From a bacterium (GTDB taxonomy: Bacteria > Patescibacteriota > Minisyncoccia > Phycocordibacterales > JBBTRF01), in contig JBAXTI010000001.1 in assembly GCA_037130265.1 (NCBI GenBank), forward strand, positions 98,092-162,091: 64,000 bases of DNA. The letters run 5' to 3'. Below the pieces are notes generated by a model. That model did not search any database. It worked only from the letters and a program-made list of their open reading frames with translations, and was not told the origin of the DNA. Position 1 is the first letter of the stretch; each line of letters begins with the position of its first letter. Shown in pieces: positions 35,431 through 44,530 of the stretch. Made by a program: the position numbers and the translations under genes.

Positions 35431-37467
35431 ATGAATCAGATTCCATCCAACGAGCCAGCGGGCGCTCAAAAGCCACCCAAAATGCCGAAGGCACCAAAGA
35501 TAAAGCTGCCGAAGGGTGCAAAGGAGCCGAGTAGCTTTCTGTCGAACCTGCTCACAGTACTCGTGGTGCTTTTCCTGCTGACAGGCCTGTTTTCTGGTCT
35601 GGTGTCTTCTGGGGTAAAGACTGAAACAATTGCACTTTCCGAATTGGCGCAAGACGTGAATGCGCAGAAAGTGGCGGTGATTACGGTAAGTGGTAGTGAT
35701 CTCACGATTGAATACCAGAAGGTGAAGCCGACACCAGGCACAGGCGCTTCTGCGGCGGTGGCTGGTACGGCCGGTAGCGCAACCACTTCCACCGAAGTCG
35801 CGGCTGTCGTGAAAAAATCTAAAAAAGAAACTGATTCTTCTCTCACTGACACGCTCGCGCGATATGGTGCGACAGCGGAAAAGTTGAAGGCGGTGAAGAT
35901 TGAGATCAAAGACCCGAGCGGCTTTGGATATTGGGCGGGGAAGCTCCTTCCGGTACTCATCCCACTGCTCGGATTGCTCATTATCATCTGGTTTCTTTCG
36001 CGACAGATGCGTGGCGCGGGGATGCAGGCCATGTCTTTTGGTCAATCGAAGGCGCGCATGATTTTGCCGAGCGATGAAAAACAGCGAGTGAAGTTTAAGG
36101 ACGTGGCAGGTGCAAAGGAAGCGAAGCAAGAGCTTTCCGAGATTGTGGACTTTTTGAAGAATCCAAAGAAATTTTTTGAGATAGGTGCAGTGATTCCGAA
36201 GGGCATCATGCTCATGGGTGCGCCCGGTACTGGCAAGACCTTGCTCGCGCGGGCCGTGGCGGGTGAGGCGGGTGTGGCGTTCTTCTCAATCTCTGGTTCA
36301 GAGTTTGTGGAAATGTTTGTCGGTGTCGGCGCGTCTCGCGTGCGCGATTTGTTTAAGATGGCGAAGGAGGCCTCACCATCGATTATTTTCGTGGATGAAA
36401 TCGATGCGGTGGGTCGTGTTCGTGGTACCGGTGTGGGTGGTGGCAATGACGAGCGCGAGCAGACCTTGAACCAGATCCTCGTGGAGATGGACGGTTTCGA
36501 ACCAACTGAAAAGGTGATTGTGATGGCGGCGACCAACCGTCCTGATGTGCTTGATCCTGCATTGCTTCGACCGGGCCGATTTGATCGACGGGTGACTATC
36601 GACCTGCCAGATCGTGGCGACCGCGAGGAAATTTTGAAGATCCATTCAGCGAAGAAGCCGTTTGCTGAAGATGTAAATTTGAAAGTGATTGCGGAACGTA
36701 CCCCAGGCTTTTCTGGTGCCGATTTGTATTCGCTCATGAACGAAGGTGCTATTTTGGCAGCCCGCGAAGAGCGCAAGAAGGTGGCGCAGTTTGATCTTAT
36801 ACGTGCGATCGAAAAGGTGATGCTTGGTCCGGAGCGTCGCAGTCATTTGTTGTCGAAGAAAGAAAAAGAGGTCACAGCGTATCATGAGGCGGGTCACGCA
36901 CTCATTTCGTCGATCTTGCCTCATGCTGATCCTGTACACAAGATATCGATCATCTCTCGTGGTCGCGCAGCAGGATACACTTTGCATTTGCCGCTCGAAG
37001 ATCGCAAGATGCAATCGAAGAAAGAATTTTTGGATGATATCGCGGTGTCATTGGGAGGATACGTGGTGGAGAAAATGGTGTTTGGCGATATCACGACCGG
37101 CCCATCGAATGACCTGCAGGTGTCTACCGCTTTGGCTCGCGATATGGTGACGAAGTATGGTATGTCCGACAAGTTGGGTCCAATCGCTCTCGAAGGTTCC
37201 GGTGGAAGGGCGTTGTTTGGTCGCGGTGTTGAAGACAAGGAGTATTCTGAGCGAGTGAGTGCAGAGATCGACGGGGAAGTTGCGCGCATTATGAGCGAGG
37301 CCCGCGCGAAGGCGGAGGAAGTGGTCACCAAGCATCGCGCTGCTCTCGATGCGATCGCTGTGCGGCTGGTGGAAGTGGAGACGATCGAGCGAGAGGAATA
37401 TGAGAAGCTCGTGTTGGCGTTTGGAATTGTCGCAAAAAAGAAGGATATCATTGCGCCGACGGTGTAG
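35431..37467 (+). CDS. ftsH: ATP-dependent zinc metalloprotease FtsH
   Basis: Two N-terminal TM segments, AAA Walker A GAPGTGKT, Walker [10 protein letters not shown], zinc motif HEAGHAL. Confidence 0.95.
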   Translation: MNQIPSNEPAGAQKPPKMPKAPKIKLPKGAKEPSSFLSNLLTVLVVLFLLTGLFSGLVSSGVKTETIALSELAQDVNAQKVAVITVSGSDLTIEYQKVKPTPGTGASAAVAGTAGSATTSTEVAAVVKKSKKETDSSLTDTLARYGATAEKLKAVKIEIKDPSGFGYWAGKLLPVLIPLLGLLIIIWFLSRQMRGAGMQAMSFGQSKARMILPSDEKQRVKFKDVAGAKEAKQELSEIVDFLKNPKKFFEIGAVIPKGIMLMGAPGTGKTLLARAVAGEAGVAFFSISGSEFVEMFVGVGASRVRDLFKMAKEASPSIIFVDEIDAVGRVRGTGVGGGNDEREQTLNQILVEMDGFEPTEKVIVMAATNRPDVLDPALLRPGRFDRRVTIDLPDRGDREEILKIHSAKKPFAEDVNLKVIAERTPGFSGADLYSLMNEGAILAAREERKKVAQFDLIRAIEKVMLGPERRSHLLSKKEKEVTAYHEAGHALISSILPHADPVHKISIISRGRAAGYTLHLPLEDRKMQSKKEFLDDIAVSLGGYVVEKMVFGDITTGPSNDLQVSTALARDMVTKYGMSDKLGPIALEGSGGRALFGRGVEDKEYSERVSAEIDGEVARIMSEARAKAEEVVTKHRAALDAIAVRLVEVETIEREEYEKLVLAFGIVAKKKDIIAPTV

Positions 37468-37526
37468 TCGGAAAGTTGCTTCGTTTACGTTTTTGTTGTA
37501 TAAAGTGCGAAGCAAAGCACTCGCCT

Positions 37527-37826
37527 ATGTTGGCGAGACGTCACCACAATCGCATGAAACAACCCAAAAGACCGCCAAGAAAGAATCCCTATTCAACATG
37601 GGGAATTGATCCAGTGATGGAGCTAGTGGAAGTTCTGAAAAGCCAGACGCCTAGAAGCCGGGCCGAACGCTGGCACAGAACTCATCGCCTTCGGTTGCTT
37701 GCTGAACGCATGTCGGATCTGCCCGGAGAGGTGCGTCACAGGAGGATTTCATCTCTTGCCGCCAGACTCTGTCCGATGCTGGCCGGAATGGAGCCGATGC
37801 CTGAACTCGATGGGAGGTCAGCATGA
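37527..37826 (+). CDS. Putative small basic protein (very uncertain; GC-rich island)
   Basis: ORF MLARRHHNRMKQPKRPPRKNPY...; its TGA overlaps the ATG of the next ORF (ATGA); the region ends in a strong terminator. Confidence 0.25.
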   Translation: MLARRHHNRMKQPKRPPRKNPYSTWGIDPVMELVEVLKSQTPRSRAERWHRTHRLRLLAERMSDLPGEVRHRRISSLAARLCPMLAGMEPMPELDGRSA

Positions 37827-38038
37827 GCCTTGCTCCACGAACGAATCCATATTTCGACTGGCCTGAATGGCAAGTTCGCGACGAGATCGCCAAATTGAAT
37901 GTCCCGCCGAGAATACTCAAGACCTGGCCGATGTCTGACAAGCAACGGCGCACCATCAAGCTTCAGGGTTTGAATCAGCGTTTGGAAGAGATCCTGCGTT
38001 TTCAGTCGGAACCGTGTTTGCCCATCAGTAGTTGCTGA
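37823..38038 (+). CDS. Putative small protein, translationally coupled to the preceding ORF (very uncertain)
   Basis: 71-aa ORF with ATGA overlap; multiple overlapping ORFs in all frames because of high local GC. Confidence 0.25.
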   Translation: MSLAPRTNPYFDWPEWQVRDEIAKLNVPPRILKTWPMSDKQRRTIKLQGLNQRLEEILRFQSEPCLPISSC

Positions 38039-38068
38039 GGTTGCTATCCGACATGTTCTCGCTCAAAA

Positions 38069-38102
38069 CCCGCCGTTGCAAGACGGCGGGTTTTTCTTTT
38101 TT
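38069..38102 (+). terminator. Rho-independent terminator
   Basis: cccgccgt-tgcaa-gacggcggg plus tttttctttttt. Confidence 0.75.
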
Positions 38103-38112
38103 GTAATGTCGT

Positions 38113-38141
38113 TTGCGGATACCTCCACGTTCCTTTATGAT
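38113..38141 (+). promoter_or_regulatory. Promoter for tRNA-Ile (ttgcgg-17-tatgat)
   Basis: Spacing exactly 17; about 70-nt leader follows. Confidence 0.45.
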
Positions 38142-38219
38142 ACAACTATGCGCCCGTATACTATGCGGGCGCTGCGTTCGGAACGAAAGTCTGAGCCAGC
38201 TCGCCTTTGTTCCTCACTT

Positions 38220-38292
38220 GCGCCCGTAGCTCAGTTGGTAGAGCAGGTGTCTTATACACACCTGGCCGGGGGTTCGAATCCCTCCGGGCGCA
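38220..38292 (+). tRNA. tRNA-Ile, anticodon UAU (TAT)
   Basis: Cloverleaf GCGCCCG/CGGGCGC acceptor, GCTC-AGTTGGTA-GAGC D-arm, anticodon stem GGTGT/ACACC with loop CTTATAC (U33, A37), T-arm GGGGG-TTCGAAT-CCCTC; CCA not encoded. Confidence 0.8.
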
Positions 38293-38309
38293 CATTTTTT
38301 CAGACGAGG

Positions 38310-40607
38310 TTATTCAAAATGAATCTTCTCTCCCGCGGTGGCGCGTTTTGTGAGGCTGTCGCGGAGAAGGGGGAAGGCGGAGAGGGAGTCGTCGGTGTCG
38401 ATGAGCCGCGCGGCCTCGGCGCGCGCGGCTTCCACCATCTTCAGATTTTGCAACGCTTCCATGGCGACGTCGGTGATGCCCCATTGTCGATGGCCGTACA
38501 GTTGGCCTGATCCACGAAATTTCAGATCATATTCTGCCAATTCAAAACCGTTCTTCGCTGTCTTCAGCGCCTTGAGCCGATCCACTGTTTTCTCCGATTT
38601 GCTTTCGGCGAAGACATAACAATACGCTTGGTGATTGCTGCGGATGACGCGGCCGCGGAGCTGGTGCAGTTGTGCCAAACCAAAGCGCTCGCCACCCTCG
38701 ATGATGATCGACGTCGCATTCGGCACATTCACACCCACCTCCACCACCGAAGTGGCGCAGAGAATGTCGATCCTGTGTGCTTTGAAATCAAGCATCACCT
38801 CGTCTTTCGCTTTCGGCGTCATCTTGCTGTGCAAAATACCGAGTGTGTATTCTTGAAACACTTTTTCTTTCAACCGCTTGGCTTCTTCGGTCACCGATTT
38901 GGCATTGACCGCAGCTTCTTTGTCGGGGTCAGGCTCGTTGATGCGCGGGCAGATGACGTATGCCTGCCTTCCAGCTTGCAGCTCAGTGCGGATCTTTTCA
39001 TACACAGCATTTCGGCCGTTTGGTAGGACGATCTCGGTGATGATCGGCTTGCGGCCCATTGGCATTTGGTCGAGCAGGGTGAGATCGAGGTCGCCATACA
39101 AAGTGAGGGCGAGCGTTCGAGGAATCGGCGTTGCGGTCATTGAGAGGAGGTGTGGGGCCACGGCCGCGGAGGGTGCGATCGCGACTGACGCATCATTTTT
39201 CAACGCAAGTTTTTGGCGCTGCGAGGTGCCGAAGCGATGTTGCTCGTCAATGATGACATACGCCAAATGTTTGAATTTCACGGCCTTCTGAATGAGTGCG
39301 TGGGTGCCGATGAGGATGGGAATCTCGCCACTCTCGACCCATTTCAGCAGCTGGGTGCGGGAAATGTCAGTCCAATTTTGACGGCCTTTTTCCGCGGCGA
39401 TGCGGGCATTCGAAGCGACCTTCGAGGGGAATTTTCGGCAGCCAGAGCCGGTGATCAGGCCCACCTGCAGGCCGAGGTGAGTGAAATAATTGATGAAAGA
39501 TTCGAAGTGCTGCGTCGCGAGGATTTCGGTGGGGCACATATAGGCGACTTGGAGATTGCCGAACGTCTGTGGAATGCGCTTGCCGTCTTTCACCATGCTC
39601 GGGCGCGAAGTCACGATGGCATAGACGGTCGCGGCTGCCACGGCGGTCTTGCCGGAACCCACATCACCCTCCAACAGTCGCGACATCGGTTTGCCACTTT
39701 TGAAATCGGCGAGGATGGTGTGGATTGCGGTGTGTTGCGCCTCGGTAGCTTTGAATGGAAAGCGACCGATGAAGTCAGCGAGTTCTTGCTCGGTCTTTTC
39801 GATGATGAAGCCGTTGAGTTTTTGATACTGCTTGCGGTCGCGTTGCTTTTGTAGCTGGATGAAAAAGATCTCTTCGAAAGCGAAGCGTTTGCGTGCGGCG
39901 AGCGCGTCACTTCCTTTTTGCGGCGCGTGGATCCAGATGAGGGCGGTGCGCAGTGAGGGGAGATTGTATTTTTCGATGATAGCGGTCGGGAGGGGATCGA
40001 TGAGGGTTTCCAAAATACCGGATTTGAAGACTCTCTGAATGGCGTGATACATCCAATTGGAAGTGATGCCGCGTGATTCGGGATATACCGGATACAAGGT
40101 GTGGGCCTCGCCGTCGGCGCCGAACAGAGAATCGCCGACGGCGATCGGCACCTTTGCGATGGCTTCGATTTTTGGATTACTCAAATACAATTCGCCGCGC
40201 ACGGTCGGTTCGGCGATCACTTCGCCGTCTGCATTCTTTTTCCGCTTCTCACTCACCTTACCTTCGACACGCACAAAGGCACCCTCGGCTGTCATCTTCG
40301 CGAGGTACGGCTGGTTGAACCACACGGCTTTGATCCGGCCAGTGTCATCTTCAATCGTTCCCTCTGCCATGGCGATGTGACTACGAAAACCCTTGCTGGT
40401 TTTCAGACCGGTGATGCGACCGAAGATCACTGCGACGTCACCTTTGGCGAGATTGGCGATTGGGCGCATGTCGGACACGTCACCGTATCGTGCGGGGAAG
40501 TGGTAGAGGAGGTCTTCGGCGGTGCGGAGGCCAAGTTTCGCCAGTGCCTTCTTCTGAGGCTCTAGTAGGCGCTGGAATTCGGTGATGGGAGTCTGCAAAT
40601 ACATCAC
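38310..40607 (-). CDS. recG: ATP-dependent DNA helicase RecG
   Basis: Wedge domain, helicase motifs GDVGSGKT, DEQHRFG, QLRGRVIRS. Confidence 0.93.
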   Translation of the reverse strand: MMYLQTPITEFQRLLEPQKKALAKLGLRTAEDLLYHFPARYGDVSDMRPIANLAKGDVAVIFGRITGLKTSKGFRSHIAMAEGTIEDDTGRIKAVWFNQPYLAKMTAEGAFVRVEGKVSEKRKKNADGEVIAEPTVRGELYLSNPKIEAIAKVPIAVGDSLFGADGEAHTLYPVYPESRGITSNWMYHAIQRVFKSGILETLIDPLPTAIIEKYNLPSLRTALIWIHAPQKGSDALAARKRFAFEEIFFIQLQKQRDRKQYQKLNGFIIEKTEQELADFIGRFPFKATEAQHTAIHTILADFKSGKPMSRLLEGDVGSGKTAVAAATVYAIVTSRPSMVKDGKRIPQTFGNLQVAYMCPTEILATQHFESFINYFTHLGLQVGLITGSGCRKFPSKVASNARIAAEKGRQNWTDISRTQLLKWVESGEIPILIGTHALIQKAVKFKHLAYVIIDEQHRFGTSQRQKLALKNDASVAIAPSAAVAPHLLSMTATPIPRTLALTLYGDLDLTLLDQMPMGRKPIITEIVLPNGRNAVYEKIRTELQAGRQAYVICPRINEPDPDKEAAVNAKSVTEEAKRLKEKVFQEYTLGILHSKMTPKAKDEVMLDFKAHRIDILCATSVVEVGVNVPNATSIIIEGGERFGLAQLHQLRGRVIRSNHQAYCYVFAESKSEKTVDRLKALKTAKNGFELAEYDLKFRGSGQLYGHRQWGITDVAMEALQNLKMVEAARAEAARLIDTDDSLSAFPLLRDSLTKRATAGEKIHFE

Positions 40608-40730
40608 TGTATTGTATCCGACTCCGCCGTTGGCTGCAGATTGACTTTTTATCCAAAATGTGCTAGGGTTTAGGCCGTTTCGCTCTGATCTGTTTCAGAG
40701 CACATTGCACAAAAGTAAAAAATAAATCCT

Positions 40731-41255
40731 ATGCCACCCAAGAAAAAGCGTCCGACGCCGCTGCTTGTTGCTCTCGCGGTCACTTCTGCACACAACATTC
40801 GTGACGTGCCACCTTCCGCGGTGGAAGTAATCGCCGCAAAAGTCATTGGTGGGTCGCGTCTCAAGACGGACACTTTCTACCAGCACACTACCAACATTGG
40901 AGGCTCGGCCCTCCTGGTCGCACAGGATTTCGTGAAATGGCTTGTTCATCATACGGAGAGTCCGCTCTGCGTGGTGGTTGGTCTCGAAAGATTCGCAAAC
41001 ACAGCCCTAGGTCGTATGATCGGCTCGTGCGGTCAACACCTCAAAGTTTACGACCTTGCATCGATGGTGTCCGGACAGGCCCTTGACCTCGCCATGGTTA
41101 TCGAGATTACGGAAAACATTGCCCATGGCGCTATCGATGCCACAGGTGGTCACATTCCGCCACGGCGCGAAGTTGATTTCATCGAGGCGCAGCTCAAGGA
41201 GCGCTTCAAGGGCCTTTTGCCTCTCACGATGCGCAAACGCCGCCCGACAAAGTAG
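40731..41255 (+). CDS. Hypothetical protein (GC-rich), N-terminal basic PPKKKRP stretch
   Basis: 174-aa ORF preceded by ttgact-17-tagggt and followed by a terminator; no family recognised. Confidence 0.45.
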   Translation: MPPKKKRPTPLLVALAVTSAHNIRDVPPSAVEVIAAKVIGGSRLKTDTFYQHTTNIGGSALLVAQDFVKWLVHHTESPLCVVVGLERFANTALGRMIGSCGQHLKVYDLASMVSGQALDLAMVIEITENIAHGAIDATGGHIPPRREVDFIEAQLKERFKGLLPLTMRKRRPTK

Positions 41256-41288
41256 TCGGAAAGCAATTTGAGTCGAAGTAAGTTCTCG

Positions 41289-41321
41289 CCGCCCGCGCCT
41301 TCATCGGCCGGGCGGTTTTTT
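41289..41321 (+). terminator. Rho-independent terminator
   Basis: ccgcccg...cgggcgg plus tttttt. Confidence 0.65.
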
Positions 41322-41360
41322 CTTTTTACATCCGCCACTTCGGCACGCTATACTGTCCCC

Positions 41361-42068
41361 ATGGAAGCATTGGTCGTGAAGATGGAGTCTTCTTGGAGGA
41401 AGGTCCTGGCTGGCGAATTTGCGAGGCCATACTTCGAGGTGCTCTCACGTTTTGTTGACGAGGAGTATTTGCAGAGCAAAAAAGGTGTGAGTGGCACAAA
41501 GGCGATTTTTCCACCGTCGACAGAAGTATTTCGCGCCTTTGATCTGTGTCCGTTCGATCAAGTGAAAGTAATAATTCTCGGACAGGATCCGTATCATGGC
41601 GCCGGGCAGGCGAATGGCCTGTGTTTTGCGGTGAATAAAGGCGTGGTCCCGCCGTCACTGAAAAATATATTCAAAGAACTCGTGGCCGACCTTGGTCCAG
41701 ATGCGGCGCCCGAGCCAGGTGCTTGTGGCGACCTGTCTCGTTGGGCGAAGCAAGGCGTCTTGCTTTTGAACGCAACACTCACGGTCCGTGCAAACACACC
41801 CGGCTCGCATCAGGGCAAGGGTTGGGAAGAATTCACTGATGCGGCGGTGTCGGCACTGTCGCGCGAGAAGGAGGGGCTTGTCTTCATGTTGTGGGGCAAC
41901 TATGCCAAGAAAAAAGGCGCGATGATCGATCGCTCAAAACATCTCGTACTCGAAGCTGCGCACCCGTCGCCATTTTCTGCATACGACGGATTTTTTGGCT
42001 GCAAGCATTTCAGCAGGGCCAACGCATATTTGAAGGCGAAAGGGATCAGTGAAGTCGATTGGCGATAG
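41361..42068 (+). CDS. ung: Uracil-DNA glycosylase (family 1)
   Basis: VKVIILGQDPYHGAGQANGLCFAV, HPSPFSA motifs; ATG 41361 preceded by tatact. Confidence 0.9.
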   Translation: MEALVVKMESSWRKVLAGEFARPYFEVLSRFVDEEYLQSKKGVSGTKAIFPPSTEVFRAFDLCPFDQVKVIILGQDPYHGAGQANGLCFAVNKGVVPPSLKNIFKELVADLGPDAAPEPGACGDLSRWAKQGVLLLNATLTVRANTPGSHQGKGWEEFTDAAVSALSREKEGLVFMLWGNYAKKKGAMIDRSKHLVLEAAHPSPFSAYDGFFGCKHFSRANAYLKAKGISEVDWR

Positions 42069-42082
42069 GGTGAGCAAAAAGA

Positions 42083-42125
42083 AAACCGCTTCCGTCGTGT
42101 CTGGGACGGAAGCGGTTTTCTTTTT
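42083..42125. terminator. Bidirectional terminator between ung and the convergent minus-strand operon
   Basis: aaaaccgcttccgtc...gacggaagcggtttt plus T-run. Confidence 0.75.
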
Positions 42126-42127
42126 GT

Positions 42128-42595
42128 TTACTGAGTGACAATGATCAACCCCTTTGCTGAAGGATTGTTCTTGTTGAAATACTGATAGGTCCCTGGGGTC
42201 ACGAAGCTAAAGTTGTACACGCCGCCTTTGCCAACAGATCGCTCTTGGTTGAATGTTGGGAATTCGCTGTGATATGCGTCAGGGCCTGACATCACCCACA
42301 TTGAGAGGGTGCTGTTGTTTACAAATTTCATACCCTCGCCGGCCTTCACGTTGAGAGTGGTTGGGGTGAACGCTCCTGCGGCGTATGAAACGGTATTCTT
42401 CGCAACTGGTGTTGCCTTCACTACTGGCTTTGGTGTTGGGGCTGTAGGGGTGGTGTCCTGTACTGGTGGTGTGAGGGTGGCCTGAGATTGCTGTTGAGTA
42501 TTTTGTTCAGCTGGTGCCTGTGCGCTATTGAAATAGAAGAAGAGTCCGACGATGACGATGACTGCGACGAGCGTGATGGATTGATTTTTATTCAT
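42128..42595 (-). CDS. Membrane-anchored cupredoxin-like domain protein lacking copper ligands
   Basis: N-terminal TM, Pro/Thr-rich linker, C-terminal beta-sandwich pattern ...TLNVKAGEGMKFVN...PGTYQYFNKNNPSAKGLIIV with no Cys/His/Met ligand set. Confidence 0.5.
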   Translation of the reverse strand: MNKNQSITLVAVIVIVGLFFYFNSAQAPAEQNTQQQSQATLTPPVQDTTPTAPTPKPVVKATPVAKNTVSYAAGAFTPTTLNVKAGEGMKFVNNSTLSMWVMSGPDAYHSEFPTFNQERSVGKGGVYNFSFVTPGTYQYFNKNNPSAKGLIIVTQ

Positions 42596-42658
42596 ATTGA
42601 TTGTCTTGTGGGTATGCGGATAAGTATACTCCTGGCCGTTTGGGAGCGCGAGGGATAT

Positions 42659-43090
42659 TTATTGGATTGGCGGCAAAAGAACAATTGGAGGTACTATCTG
42701 TGCCGCACTGCGAGCATTAGAGATTTTTGCGCTCACTGTTGCTAATAAAAGGTAGGCTAACACGAAGACTGAAACAAGCCAGAAGGCCTTCAGTTTTTGT
42801 TGAGAAAATAGTCCCCGAATTGCGCACACGACTACGTAGCTTAGTAATATCGAGAAAATAATTATTGGTACGACGAAGAGAGGCAGTGTGTATGTTTCTA
42901 CGGAGAAAGTTTTTAGTGGAGTAATGATTAACACTGCGATCGGGGTGATCATCGCGCAGACGACACTTAAACTACTGCTAAATCCACATCCTATAGCGAG
43001 AAGCGGCGTAAATGCAAAAAAGATGCTTAAGAATAGTACGTAGAAAAAGGTTTTTACGTTAACTTTAAAAAATGACTTTTCTGTTTCCAT
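42659..43090 (-). CDS. Hypothetical 4-TM membrane protein (co-operonic with the cupredoxin-like gene)
   Basis: Four hydrophobic helices; minus-strand ORF upstream of 42128..42595. Confidence 0.5.
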   Translation of the reverse strand: METEKSFFKVNVKTFFYVLFLSIFFAFTPLLAIGCGFSSSLSVVCAMITPIAVLIITPLKTFSVETYTLPLFVVPIIIFSILLSYVVVCAIRGLFSQQKLKAFWLVSVFVLAYLLLATVSAKISNARSAAQIVPPIVLLPPIQ

Positions 43091-43152
43091 TTACAAATAA
43101 TAACACGTTTCAACTTCAATAGTCTGTAAAATACGGAAATATTATATATGGC

Positions 43153-43410
43153 GTGTCGGTGGAGACGACCAACATCCCATTATTCGAAGGGAAAAAAGTA
43201 CGTAAGATCGTTCATGATGATAAATGATGGTTCTCTATTGTTGATATTTGCGAAGTATTGACCGGTAGTCCTGATCCAGGTGCCTACTGGAGAAAGCTCA
43301 AGCAAAGGCTTATTGATAAAAATAGTGAAGTCGTGACATTTTGTCACGGGTTGAAACTGGAGGCACAGGTTTGGGCGGAAAGAGTGGGCGTACGCGGGTT
43401 TCGGCATTGA
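43153..43410 (+). pseudogene. Decayed duplicate of the 5' end of the Bro-N gene at 43597 (in-frame TGA after about 24 codons)
   Basis: About 75-85% nucleotide identity to 43597-43830 over the first about 230 nt; translation SVETTNIPLFEGKKVRKIVHDDK* versus SVETTKISLFEGKKVRKTIHCDEWW. Confidence 0.7.
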
Positions 43411-43596
43411 TTTTATTGCAGCCTTTGTGAGTATTTGGGCGGTGGATGGGTTTGGTGGTGCGCTGGCTCTGCCGGTTGTCGCGTTTGCGATACTGGCAGT
43501 GAGTTATGTGTACGGGGAGAAGCTGCGGAAAGGTGCGGGCGCAGAGAATGTTGCGTAGTAATGATTTGAGTCACGTCCGAGGAATTTTGATATAAT

Positions 43597-44436
43597 GTGT
43601 CGGTGGAGACGACCAAGATCTCATTATTCGAAGGGAAAAAAGTACGTAAGACCATTCATTGTGATGAATGGTGGTTTTCTGTTGTTGATATAGTCGAAGC
43701 TCTCACGGACTCAACGAATCCACGCGTATATTGGGCAGTGATGAAAGATCGCTTGGAGAAAGATGAGAAAGTTCAACTGTTTACATTTTGTAAACAGTTG
43801 AAATTGGAGGCGTCTGATGGCAAAATGCGAGAAACTGATTGTGCGAATACCGAAGGGGTATTTCGTATTATTCAGTCTATTCCATCGCCGAAAGCGGAGC
43901 CATTTAAACGTTGGTTGGCACAGGTTGGGTACGAGCGTGTCAAGGAGATCGAAAATCCAGAATTGGCCCAGGACAGAATGAAGGCGTTGTATGAAAAGAA
44001 GGGTTATTCAAAGGGCTGGATCGACAAGCGGATTCGTGGCATTGCGATACGGCAGAGTTTGACTGATGAGTGGAAAGAAAGGGGGATTTTTGGCGAACAA
44101 GATTACGCTATCTTGACCGCTGAGATTTCTAAGGCGACATTCGGCATGACTCCGAGCGAGTACAAGGAGTACAAGCACTTGAAAAAGGAAAATTTGCGTG
44201 ATCACATGACCGACTTGGAGCTTATCTTTACGATGCTTGGAGAGCGGGTGACGACTGAGATATCGGAGATTGAGAAGCCGGAAACGTTTGATAAAAATAA
44301 GCAGGTGGCGAAGCGTGGTGGTAGGGTTGCGGGGAATGCGAGAAAGCAGACGGAGAAGGAAATTGGGAAGAGTGTGGTGTCGAAGAAGAATTTTTTGGGG
44401 AAAGGGGATGTTGGGGTGTTGGAGAAAGAGCTTTGA
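43597..44436 (+). CDS. Bro-N domain protein (phage antirepressor-like N-terminus) with C-terminal charged domain
   Basis: ISLFEGKKVRKTIHCDEWWFSVVDIVEALTDSTNP...GVFRIIQSIPSPKAEPFKRWLAQV is a typical Bro-N/KilA-N-like pattern; GTG start. Confidence 0.7.
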   Translation: MSVETTKISLFEGKKVRKTIHCDEWWFSVVDIVEALTDSTNPRVYWAVMKDRLEKDEKVQLFTFCKQLKLEASDGKMRETDCANTEGVFRIIQSIPSPKAEPFKRWLAQVGYERVKEIENPELAQDRMKALYEKKGYSKGWIDKRIRGIAIRQSLTDEWKERGIFGEQDYAILTAEISKATFGMTPSEYKEYKHLKKENLRDHMTDLELIFTMLGERVTTEISEIEKPETFDKNKQVAKRGGRVAGNARKQTEKEIGKSVVSKKNFLGKGDVGVLEKEL

Positions 44437-44440
44437 ATTT

Positions 44441-44530
44441 TGGCGGAAAGAGTGGGATTCGAACCCACGGTCCGTTTAACGGGACGACGGTTTAGTAAAC
44501 CGTTGATTTAAACCACTCATCCATCTTTCC
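44441..44530 (-). tRNA. Class II tRNA, Ser-like, anticodon ACU (A34), CCA encoded
   Basis: GGAAAGA/TCTTTCC acceptor, 3-bp D-stem with GAGTGGTTTAA loop, anticodon stem ACGGT/ACCGT with loop TTACTAA, long variable arm, discriminator G. Confidence 0.7.

Noticed and set aside
35305-36129. 274-aa minus-strand ORF (and 35466-36032, 36042-36776, 36921-37451)
   Set aside because: Antisense within ftsH; low-complexity Arg/Ser-rich translations.
38628-39854. Several plus-strand ORFs (132, 137, 213 aa)
   Set aside because: All antisense within recG, whose helicase motifs are clear on the minus strand.
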